The notes under the pieces were generated by a model, which worked only from the letters and a program-made list of their open reading frames with translations, was not told the DNA's origin and did not search any database. The position numbers and the translations under genes are program-made. A stretch of 64,000 bases of DNA from Callorhinchus milii. Taxonomy: Eukaryota. The stretch covers positions 5,084,001 through 5,148,000 of the forward strand of contig NW_024704750.1 of the NCBI RefSeq assembly GCF_018977255.1. Direction: 5' to 3'. Positions 1-10,357 of the stretch are shown here, piece by piece. Numbering within the stretch: position 1 is the first letter of the stretch; every line of letters begins with the position of its first letter.

Positions 1-457
1 TTGTAAATAATGAAATTTAAGACGGATGCTGTTGTAGTTTGCAGTTACTTTCTCTGAATACATTTATTCTTTTCTTTGAGTACCAATGCTTTTTTCTGTG
101 TTCTTTTAGAATCCGAATGCAACAGTGTAAAAAAAACAATGCCGTAGTTCAGTCACCAGGTGTCAGCCTACGCTCAATGCAAAGAGCTTGTTGTACAAAG
201 CAAACGTCCCTATAACCACAGTTGATTCCATTTCTGTAGCGAATACACATAGGGGCTGTCTCCACTCTGGACTGAATGTGGTCTTTAAGATGTTCATGTT
301 CATTGCTTTCCTATGTACGATCTCTCAGCTTCTTATGCTTATGAGCTCATTCAACACAGCGGAAAGGGCATCAGTTTGTCCTTGCAGAACGTGCCTTTAT
401 TATTGTTTTGAACGTTATGTTAGCAAAATAATAATAATCATTGCATTTGATATATGC

Positions 458-575
458 CGTGTTTCGCCCACAAAATAAATAGTCAATTCACTTTACAGGA
501 TATTCTGTGAAGCGCTTTGAGACGTTTCAAAGACGTGATAAGGCGCTATACCAAAGGCAAGGATTATTATTATTA
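458..575 (+). mobile_element. 3' half of the same SINE family (other remnants near 12405-12590, 13070-13190, 20170-20290, 60895-61010)
   Basis: gtttcgcccacaaaata...gtcaattcactttacag...gcaaggattattatt. Confidence 0.75.
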
Positions 576-1237
576 CCGTCTAATTCTGCATTTGCAATTT
601 CCCAGTGAAGGATAAATAATCCCTAGGTTTTCTCCACTTACCACTTTTCCTTGTTTTTTTCTTTCATAACATCACTGCCAATGGTAAGGGAGTACAAATC
701 TCATGGCAAAATCTGTGGGACATGTAATTCAGTGTCAAACTACAGTACTAACCGATCCATTTGGTACAGTTCTTCTGAAGTGACACCAACTCACCTCTGG
801 GTGGTCGTATACAGTAAAATTCACATAAGTCGTGTCGATTGGCACCATAACATTTAATGTGACTTATGCAAAGCATCTGATAATGCAAACATGCCTAAGT
901 CGTATCATATGTGACTTACGTAAAGTTATGTACTGTACTGACCTCTTCTGGTGCTGGCTCGGTAAAAGGGACATTTGCGTATAATGTAGTTACAACATGT
1001 GCTTAGGATTTAAAAACCACTCATGCATTGTCATGCGCACTAATCTCCCGGCAGTTTTAAAATATATCGGAAATGATCCCAGGTTAATGGGGGTACTTGC
1101 ATACACATTAACTTTTGAAGTTTGTGTGCATGTCATTAATATAATAGTAGTGATAATAATAATAATCCGTCGTTTTGACACAGTGCCTTATCATGTCGAC
1201 AGAGTTTTAATGTCTCACAAACAACCATGAGTTTTAT

Positions 1238-1446
1238 TTTGGGGGAATTGCAAGTCGGGGTACTGGGAGAAACTCCCTTCTCTTTTCGAATGGTGCACTG
1301 GGATCTTTAACGCCCACCTGAACAGACAGACGGGACCTGCGTTTAATGTCTCATCAGGAAGTACAGCAGCTCCCTCCAGCACTGCACTGGAGTGTCAGCC
1401 AAGACTGTGAGCTCAAAGTCCTGACGTGGGGTTTGACTCAGAGGCC
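1238..1446 (-). mobile_element. Ancient SINE resembling the Deu-domain family (SacSINE1/AmnSINE-like); related copies near 5455-5850, 17935-18290, 19150-19270, 22870-23075, 58092-58345
   Basis: Recurring blocks gggatctttaac..ccacctgaacag.cagac and cactgcactggagtgtcagcc across the window; family name recalled, not searched. Confidence 0.6.
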
Positions 1447-1517
1447 AGAGTTATGTATCTATTATTTGCAGTTCTTGTGTTACTTTGTTTTGGAGTGTTA
1501 TCAAGCTGAAGAAGTCG

Positions 1518-1541
1518 CACACACACACACACACACACACA
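1518..1541. repeat. (CA)n microsatellite; another (TG)n at 11136-11153
   Basis: Read directly. Confidence 0.9.
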
Positions 1542-3814
1542 TACCTCTCTATAACAGGAGGCGCACTGAAATTTTTTTATTTATTTCTAAGGAATAGAGG
1601 ATATGCACTAGACTTTTCAAATTAAAGATAGTCTTAGTGCCAGACATCACCATGGTTACAGGGAGCTCCAATCTTGTAAAAATAATCATCCGTGACAAAG
1701 CAGACTTGCATATATATAAACTAATTATACACTACCCTTGTTGTGCTGCTGAAAAGCTGACTTGCCTGGGTGTTGCATCTGTATTGACAAGCTATGTAGG
1801 TTAATATTTCAGTAAGTAATTAGCTCCAGATCTGCACAGTGCTTTATTATTGTAATATTAATGTTTGTTTCAGTGTCGAACGATATGAGGTGAAACTTAA
1901 AACAAAATTGACTGGTCCAGAAAGGCAAGAAATTCCCTGAACTGGCCAGCACCCTAAGGGCTAATCTTGCCTTCAACTTATGTTATCCTTTCGCCTAGAC
2001 TTCATCTCCTCAAAATAGTTTAGCTCAGTATGCATGTTTGCGATTGAAAGCCATCCAATCAATTTATTTTCACTAAGTTGATGCGTAAACAGAATGATAA
2101 ATATTCTAAAGTTTGACGAGAACCAAAGTTAAGTATGAAGATTATTTATATATGTTTATTAATATGTAATTGCCGCAATGCTGAGAGAAAGCTTCAAAAT
2201 CTCAAATGCTGTGTAAATACATATGGAATAGTACATCCACTCCTACAGCAGTTGACTGGGTAAAGCGGTTCTGAACTTTGATAGCTGATGTAGACAGAGA
2301 TGGGTAATCTCAGGTGAGGCAGACGTGGGGGCTGCTTCTTGGATAGAAATACATTAATCCCCAGTATATTCCAATTTAAGTCTAAGGCACACATTTTAAA
2401 TATTCCATTAAAATAATATGCCTGCTATTGAAAGGCTCTTTCAATCACCAGACCCCATAATTGCTCTGTGAATCACAGAGATTTAAACAGTGCATTATTA
2501 TAGGAATGTCACGTGGATCTTAGCTTTGGTGATGGGTTTCCGCACATGTCAAGCACCCGGCTGACCAAAAAGAGATAAAAATCTTTGCTTGGGTTTGGTG
2601 TAAGTATTCCACTTACAGAACAGGTTGAAGGTTATTGTCACAGCAGGAAAATAACAAAGATCCTACTCATAAGATCGCAAAAGAGGTAGTTGGATGAATG
2701 AATCCAGTGCCCTGGCTTCTACCTCCCTTCTTGCTTATCTGTTGCAGCTGCTGATTACCCTCTGTGTAAAGAAATTCTTATTAATGTCGGTCCTAAAATT
2801 ACCCTTCACAACATTGAACTTGTGCTCACGTGTCCTGCTGCCTTGGCATATCTTAAAATACTGGTCTGGACCCACTCACACTCATAGGAAGGTACAGAGG
2901 ATTCTTTTTGAGTCAATTTATTGATAATGTAGGGATTTTGTATTTTTTACTGTGAGCAAATATGATCTTTTCTGTATTCTCTGACAAACGTTTAGCCTAA
3001 TCAAGCGGATCTCAATACAAAGGCTTGTCCATAAAGCGAACAATACTCTATACTAATCATACCTACCAAAAGTAAAGAAAGTTTAATTAATTGTGGTCTG
3101 AATTCAGTTCAGGTTTAAAAATACTAAATACCACAAGCCTACAATATAACAATATTTGTTACCATCTACATATACTTACACGATATAACACGGTTCCAGC
3201 ATTAAAATAAATGCCAATGTTAATGTTCAGAATTGAAATGTGTTAGAAATACTGCTGTCTTACTATTCTTAAGTGAATGTTTTGCACCGTAAATGCCACA
3301 CAAACTCAAAACAAAATTAATTTCACTTAAGACACTTAGTCCAGTAGCTGCTTACGCAAAATAACTTGGGATTCAAGCCTGTGACTGTAGAGGTTACTCT
3401 GCCACTGACTGCAGATGCACTAAGTAATAAACTAAATAAGCAGCTTGGCCAGTGAATGGATTGTTTACATAACAATCTTACTCAATTCTTAAGATTTATC
3501 AAATAAACATGCTGTAAGACACTCAATGATAAATATTTATTTGCTCAAATGCTTCTTAAAATTATATATATTAAATATTTTACAAAATGATGTTACAATG
3601 CTGCCAAAACATAAAGCAAAGCGTCAGTTATATAAATACACGAGAAAATAAAAGCAGACAAATCTTCTAAAATCCAATTGCTCAGTAAGTGTTCATTTCC
3701 TCTTTCTTTAACACAATTAAACAAATAAGTTGTGTAAATTATGACTTCAAATTCTTTAATAGAGCAATATATCCAGGCCATTTCTATTAAATTATAATTT
3801 AATAATAAAAATTA

Positions 3815-4213
3815 TTATAATAATCCTTGCATTTGATATAGCGCCTTATCACATCATTGAGACGTCTCAAAGTACTTCAGAGAATATACTGTAAAGTGAA
3901 TTGACTGTGTATTTTGTGAGCAAAAAGTGGCAACCAATTACACACAGAGGTGTCCCACAAATCCATTACCATCTATGCAACTTCCTCCATTCTGACACAG
4001 TGACCTGCAACCAAATAGAATAACTATGTTTATGCAAATAGTAGTGACCAAATGAGGTTTTTTTGAGGGATTATTATCCCCTGGTTAGCAATCTGCTAAT
4101 GGACTAACAACCAGGTTCCTGCTTAGTGGTAGGTAAACATTTTCACTCCACCCGGGAATCGAACCCAGGTCCTCTTGCTTGCAAGGTAAGTGCTTTAAAC
4201 AATATGCCAGGGA
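3815..4213 (-). mobile_element. Diverged tRNA-derived SINE interrupted by the DLK1 duplicate
   Basis: Tail taatccttgcatttgatatagcgcc, body tgtcccacaa...gtgaccaa and head ggaatcgaacccagg align to the 24150 copy. Confidence 0.8.
3958..4043 (-). repeat. 86-bp duplicate of the DLK1 last intron/last exon junction (copy of 5234-5319)
   Basis: caaatccattaccatctatgc...gtgacctgcaaccaaatagaataactatgtttatgcaaatagta matches 5234-5319 with one mismatch; offset 1276 bp. Confidence 0.95.
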
Positions 4214-4221
4214 ACTTCTGA

Positions 4222-4227
4222 TTTATT
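4222..4227 (-). terminator. Candidate DLK1 polyadenylation signal (AATAAA); a second candidate at 3536-3541
   Basis: tttatt on + strand about 300 bp past the stop codon. Confidence 0.4.
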
Positions 4228-4523
4228 TGGATACTTTGCATTAATATTATCCATTTCTACATAACTTTGGGAATTACAAGGTCTCATCTTTGCTCATTGA
4301 ACTTCCTCTTACTTAACATGTCCCATGAGTTGGATTTTGAGCTGAGTAAGAAACGTTCACTTAGATAGATACACATTTTATAATAAACCTCAAACATTTA
4401 GACAACACAGCAAGTCATCAACAAAATGCTTGAATTTGGTGTAAGCCGTTATAAAAACACTTCTAAAATGATGCATACAAATAAAGATAGACATTTAGTT
4501 TAACAAATGATAGAAACAAAAAT

Positions 4524-5280
4524 TCACATCGAGATGTAACTTTTCCTGTAGTTTGTCAATTTACTCATGTCCGGGAATATGATTTTGACTGAAGTCTCTT
4601 CGTCGTTGAGAAAGTGATTTTTTTGTTTCCGTAGGTATTGACGATATTTAGCATTTGCCATCCACATTTTACACTTGGAGAAAAAGATGATCAGTGTCGT
4701 TCCCAGGATCACGAGACAAGTCAGCAATCCAAGCATGACAAAGCAGATGACTTGACTTCTGTTGAGCAGGGAATTCGATGTGTGGATGGTTTCTTTGACG
4801 GTGATCTTCAGCATCTCATTACCTTGATGGTGGGTGGGCTTGTGAAAGGCATGCAGCGGTGGATTGAAAAGCTTGCCATGTCTGACCCAACTTACTCTCA
4901 CGTGCTTGGATATGTTTTGCTTTGTATCATGTTTAGAAGAGATATGCTCGTGACAGGTTTCTGCTTCATAACCAGGCAAGCATGCGCAATCAAAACCCCC
5001 CTCAGGAAGATCATGGCAAGTGCCTCCATTCTTGCATGGATGACTAAGGCAGGATGTGATTAGATAATCGCAAGATCCGCCAGTAAAACCAAGGGGACAG
5101 AGGCAGCTGTAGCCAGAAACCAGGTCTGTGCAAGTCCCATTGTTTGCACATGGATTAGAGTCACAGTCACTGATTTTGGTCTCACACAAGACCCCAGTAA
5201 AACCCTTCAAGCACAGGCAGGAAGCCTGGGATCCAAATCCATTACCATCTATGCAACTTCCTCCATTCTGACACAGTGAC
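4524..5280 (-). CDS. DLK1: DLK1 last coding exon (EGF4-6, juxtamembrane stalk, transmembrane helix, cytoplasmic tail)
   Basis: Acceptor ttggttgcAG at 5282-5281. Reads (G)SLCQNGGSCIDGNGFGSQASCLCLKGFTGVLCE...QVICFVMLGLLTCLVILGTTLIIFF...IIFPDMSKLTNYRKSYISM*. EGF repeats, TM helix and IIFP tail match DLK1; synteny with BEGAIN/WDR25 favours DLK1 over DLK2. Confidence 0.95.
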
Positions 5281-5852
5281 CTGCAACCAAATAAAATAAC
5301 TATGTTTATGCAAATAGTACAGTCACCTTTCAGTTAAAAAAAATCATCCTATTGGAAAAAAAATATATCCTTTATCACTGTAGTGTCTGTGAACTATTAT
5401 TTATTCATGAGCTAGTATCTCTACATACACAATTGTTTATTTTGTGTCAGCCTGGCTCTCGCCTCTCAGTCAGAATTTGTGGGTATAAGTCTCATTTGAA
5501 CTCACGTGGAAGTAAGTCCTGGCGGGGAGGAATGGGGATGTATTATCGGAGATGCCATCCTTCGTATGAGACTTTAAACTAAAGTCATGTCTGCCTGTTC
5601 AGGTGGATGTTAAAGACTCATGGCACTATTTGAAAAGGGGAGTTTCTCCCAGTGTCCTGGTCAACAATCTCCCAAATAAAAATTGATCATTTGTTTCCTG
5701 GCTGTTTGTGGGACAAACTGTGTGTAACGGTGCTGCCATCTTTGCCTACAAATAACCAGTCACCCCATTTCACAGTAAATCCTGTGAAGCACTTTGAGAC
5801 TTCCTTCACATGTGAGAAGGCACTGTACCAAACACAAGAATTATTATTATTA

Positions 5853-6252
5853 TTCAAGATCCTCATCCTCTCTGACCTACTATCCCCCTATTTACCTGCC
5901 CATACCCTCCGTTCCTCTGGCTCCGGTCTGCTCCACATTCCCCGCCCCAACCGCCCTACCATCGGTGGCCGGGCCTTCAGCCTCTCAGCCCCGAGGCTCT
6001 GGAACTCCATCCCCCAGTGCCTTCGCCGCCTCCTCCCTTTCCTCCTTCAAGGCCGGTCTCAAGACCTTTCTCTTTGACCGAGCCTTCAGCTCCCCTCTCG
6101 ACTCTCTACCCCCTCCTCGCTCCCTCCCTTCCCTCCCCTCACCCTGACCATTTCCCCCCAATGCTCGGGTCCTGACCCAACTGTCCAGCGCCTTGGGACG
6201 TCCTCCCGACGTGAAAGGCGCTCTATAAATGAAATCTTGTTGTTGTTGTTGT
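5853..6252 (+). mobile_element. L2-clade LINE 3' fragment (young subfamily) in a DLK1 intron
   Basis: Encodes TLRSSGSGLLHIPRPNRPTIGGRAFSLSAPRLWNSIP, typical of the L2 ORF2 C-terminus; stem-loop tail and (TTG)n end. Confidence 0.88.
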
Positions 6253-6493
6253 GTTATTATTTTAGATCATGTGCCTTAAAGGAATTCTGGTGCTATGTGT
6301 TGTACAGGCACTATTGTTTTCTGAAATTTAACCATGTATGCTGTAGTGGGGTTATTATATTATGATTAAAATCATTATTTATTAAGGATTGTTACAGGTC
6401 ATATTTAATGTTATTTTAAAATAGCATTGAGATTTCAATCATATCCATGCAACATTGAGTACATCACAGGTCCTGACAGTATGCATCCTTTAC

Positions 6494-6638
6494 CCATTTA
6501 TGCAGAAATTTCCTTTCCTGAGCTGGCAATGGTTCCCTGTAAACTCCTCTCCACAGATACATCTGTAGCCACCTCCTTCACTCTCTATACACGTTGAATT
6601 GTTAGCGCATGGGTGTTCTGAGGAACAGGTGTGGGGAG
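6494..6638 (-). CDS. DLK1: DLK1 coding exon 4 (EGF3 and start of EGF4)
   Basis: 145 bp, AG/GT flanked, (A)PHTCSSEHPCANNSTCIESEGGGYRCICGEEFTGNHCQLRKGNFCING; phases fit both neighbours. Confidence 0.93.
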
Positions 6639-7919
6639 CTGCAAAGAAGATAACATAGAGTTAATTTAACAGTCACATATATAAAAAAACAAATTAAACA
6701 CTAACTTGCTGCTGCTGATTTAATGCAATTGATTTTGTGTAAGAGACAAAACACCCAAGTACAGTAATGCATTATTTTAAATGCACACATCCTACCTTGT
6801 ATCAGCATTTCAATATGCTTGAGATTATAGAGATGGCACACAATATTATGTAGCTAAAGGGGAGGAGTGACTGCTTTACTCAAATATAAATTAAATAATT
6901 TCAAAATAAAATACTTTTTTAGGGGGGAATTTCTAACATGTAATATGATCTTGCCTATCTTATCTTTCAGAAGGCGGTGGAACTTCGAACAACATAATTC
7001 TATTACATTAAACCGATATTGATTAAATGGAACCATCATCGAATCCTCTGGATCTAAGAGATAATGTGAGTGCTTTGAGGAACATGACCATATTTTAGGG
7101 CAGTGTTTGATTACTTCCATTATGTAGCTGTCTTGCACTTAACTGCCAGTCACTGATTAATGTACATTTGCTATCACATTGTCTAATGTTTGTAAGCTTC
7201 TAGGAAAGCCTGTAGCAAAACCATTTTTCTTCTTTAAGCAACAAATAAAAACATTGCAATGATTCCAAAAAACACCCAGGGGATTTTATCCCGCTTCCTG
7301 TGCTAATATATTCACACTAATGCAATTGTTGCAGTGGATATTTTGCGTTGAAATATATATGCAAATGACATTCAGTGACAACAGAGATTAATGCCATCTG
7401 ATTATCTGCCAATTAAAAGGGTATCATATTTTTCTTCTACCGCTGATGAAAAGGATAATTTAATTCAGATGCATTTATTAGTATTTGGTGGCATGATATC
7501 ATTTGGCGACATAATCTCAGATGTATTTTGCTTTACTTACTTCTTAAATTAGGTTTTCAAATACCAATTACTGTATTAGGACCAAATGAATATGATCTAG
7601 CGCATTAGACAACAACAAAAAGAAAATCTTGCAAACTGGTACTGAGGTACTAACTTTGGTATATCAGTACATGAATAATACATAGAAAACAAAATAATAT
7701 CAAATCACTAAAATGTGAGCTTCTAGCCAAGTCTATCAATTAAATAAATAAATTATAAATTATTTCCAAACTCTTACAATCTGATTAAATATGAATCATG
7801 ATATTGTGTTGTACATAATGAATTCCAATTAGCTGTAACGTTATTTTATTCGTAGCATAGCTTAAGAGTTTTCCAATTTTGCATTGTGTATTTGTGTGAC
7901 ACTAAACGGTTGAACAGAC

Positions 7920-8050
7920 CTGTGTCGCAGAGGATGCCTGACCAACCCTCTTCACAACAGCACTGCCAAGGTTTTGTGCAACTCCCATGTAAACAGCCAG
8001 GAATGGGAGTGCACTGATCACACAAGTCTCCCTGCCAGCCAGACTGACAC
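7920..8050 (-). CDS. DLK1: DLK1 coding exon 3 (end of EGF1, EGF2)
   Basis: 131 bp, AG/GT flanked, [43 protein letters not shown]. Confidence 0.93.
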
Positions 8051-8483
8051 CTAGAAAAACAAACCAGTTAGTTATCGGATTCCACACAAAATCCAACACG
8101 ATACAGATGACTTAGCTAAGGAGGCAACCTTCAAACCTCCACCCCTCTCTGTTCTTCAATGACACGAAAGGGATAACGATATTGAACTGATGCAATTGCT
8201 TTGAGGTGCTATCCTGCGTGAAGAATAAATGCAACTGGTTGGTAGTGTTAGTTTACAATGCTTGGGATCTTTTTTTTTAAAAAAAAGTTATTTTTCACAA
8301 TAGTGTCCTTTTCTACCAGTTTATTCTTGGTTCCAGGAAGGGTGTGCACATCTTGCAGTCTTGTCACATCAGTGTTGTAACACTAAGTTTAAAGCAGAAG
8401 TGTTTCATGGTGAATAAACTTCAGTATATGTTTTCCAGTGAGATGAGTACTCAGAGCAAGGTATGCAATGCTTGAGTTTATAC

Positions 8484-8547
8484 CTGCATTCCCCAGTATC
8501 CTGGCAGAATCCATGCAGTGGGTGACAGTCGGGTTTGCATTCAGTCC
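8484..8547 (-). CDS. DLK1: DLK1 coding exon 2 (EGF1 N-terminal part)
   Basis: 64 bp, AG/GT flanked, (G)TECKPDCHPLHGFCQDTGECR. Confidence 0.92.
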
Positions 8548-8966
8548 CTAAAGATCCAGAAAAGACAATACAAATTAACAAATGCTTGAAATAATGACCA
8601 CTGTTGTTCTCCTTCCACCTTTATAAATATTTTCGCTGTGATGTCTGGTAGTGCACAGGCAATCTCATCCTTTTATTTCCTTTGTTGTCTACGATGGATT
8701 GACCATTTCGTTAGAAATGGAGGCAAATGAGACAATTTAATCTGCACTGACAACACGCTGCAAACATTTCCCAAACCACGTATGAACCTTCATCTTGATC
8801 TTTCTTTCTTGATCTTGAGTTTGCTTTCCATCGGTTCGGATCAATCGTTCTCTTCTGGAATTTGTTGGGGAGCGATTCTGTAGGTTTTGTTGCTGTGCAA
8901 ACACTGAAAACTTCAAGTTCAGCGAATGGTTTGTCCAATGCAAAGCTCTTGAAGTTACCAAATCTG

Positions 8967-9131
8967 ACCCCCCCCCCCAACCCCCCCACACACACACACA
9001 TACACACACACACATACACCCCCCCCCCCCCCCCCCCCACACCACACACACCCTTCCAACACCCCTCCACGTACACATACTCCCAACACCCCCCCCCACA
9101 CATCCCCCCCCCCCCCCCCCCACATACACAC

Positions 9132-9162
<31 letters not shown>

Positions 9163-9627
9163 CCTCCCAACTCCCACACCCCCCCCCACATACACATACA
9201 CANNNNNNNNNNNNNNNNNNNNNNNNNNNNNNNNNNNNNNNNNNNNNNNNNNNNNNNNNNNNNNNNNNNNNNNNNNNNNNNNNNNNNNNNNNNNNNNNNN
9301 NNNNNNNNNNNNNNNNNNNNNNNNNNNNNNNNNNNNNNNNNNNNNNNNNNNNNNNNNNNNNNNNNNNNNNNNNNNNNNNNNNNNNNNNNNNNNNNNNNNN
9401 NNNCAACACACACACACCCTCCCAACCCCCCCCCACAACACAACACACCCTCCCAACCCCCCCCACACACACACACACTCCCAACACCCCCCCCCCCACC
9501 ACACACACACACCACATAACACACCCCTCCCACACCCTACACACACATCCACATAAACACCCTCCCCCCCCCCCCACCCACACACAAACACACTCATACA
9601 CCCCCCCCCCCCCCCCCGCCCCCCCCG
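8967..9627. repeat. Poly-C/(CA)n low-complexity tract in a DLK1 intron, containing an assembly gap (N run 9203-9403)
   Basis: Alternating C runs and CA repeats on both sides of about 200 N. Confidence 0.95.
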
Positions 9628-9657
9628 GATGGTGAGCCCAGGCTCGCACCCACTTAC

Positions 9658-9733
9658 CCTGAGTCCGGGTACCAGTGAGCAGCGGTAACAGGAGACTGAC
9701 CACCAGCACAGAGGCTGCGGAGTGATGAGCCAT
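9658..9733 (-). CDS. DLK1: DLK1 first coding exon (signal peptide)
   Basis: ATG at 9733, MAHHSAASVLVVSLLLPLLTGTRTQ-G, donor G|GTAAGT; hydrophobic signal peptide; phase 1 fits the next exon. Confidence 0.88.
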
Positions 9734-10207
9734 TGCTGCCCACACACGATTGCTCTCACACACTCTCCTCGCCACCTGAGCAGAGCGGAGATAACAGGGG
9801 GTTAAACATCGTCATTCAGGGTATACATGGACAGCACACATACACATACATGCACATGCACAGCAATGCACACATGCACACATAGCAGCAACCCCATTCC
9901 CCTTCCACACAGGCTGCTGTGGATCAATCGGTTGCAAGAAGGCAATGTCGAATTATTTGGTTGTTCCCTTTCAAGGCAATTGCAACTAACACGACTCACT
10001 GTTCATCTCATTGCACATTGCCTTGTGCAGTTATCCCCCAAGTCCTGGGCAGTTCATCCACCCACCGACCTCCTTATTTTTTTTTATTGCATCGTTCGTT
10101 TCTGCCAACTGGTCAGGAAGCACTTGCGATGTGAAATCCCTGGTCAACTTTGATGTGAGTTTTAAAAAAAAACACACACACACACACACAGCAAAACGTG
10201 GGTTTAC

Positions 10208-10250
10208 CTGCAGCTCTCCAGCTCTCCCCATCCCCTGCTCTCAGGTACAG
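10208..10250 (-). other. DLK1: Probable non-coding first exon of DLK1 (5' boundary approximate)
   Basis: Donor CAG|GTAAAC at 10208/10207; matching pyrimidine-rich acceptor ctctgctcAG at 9777-9776 upstream of the ATG; TATA about 30 bp upstream. Confidence 0.55.
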
Positions 10251-10275
10251 GTACAGGTGGTGAGGATGCGATCTC

Positions 10276-10281
10276 TTTATA
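10276..10281 (-). promoter_or_regulatory. Candidate TATA box (TATAAA) of DLK1
   Basis: tttata on + strand = TATAAA on - strand, just upstream of the putative non-coding exon. Confidence 0.5.
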
Positions 10282-10295
10282 ATGCTCTGGTCGTT

Positions 10296-10357
10296 AGTCA
10301 GTGAGTGAGTGAGTGAGTGAGTGATGACTGAGTGAGTGAGTGACTGACTGAGTGACT
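10296..10357. repeat. (GTGA/GACT)n tetranucleotide repeat in the DLK1 proximal promoter
   Basis: gtgagtgagtgagtgagtgagtgatgactgagtgagtgagtgactgactgagtgact read directly. Confidence 0.85.

Noticed and set aside
1-3800. MEG3/RTL1/miRNA or IG-DMR-like elements downstream of DLK1
   Set aside because: No CpG island, tandem array or gag-pol-like ORF visible; these elements are known from mammals and only a short flank is in view.
4638-5063. 141-aa ORF antisense to DLK1
   Set aside because: Shadow frame of the real exon with no independent features.
8711-9775. Long Gly/Val/Cys-rich and Pro/His/Thr-rich ORFs
   Set aside because: Translation of the low-complexity tract and N gap; only 9658-9733 is coding.
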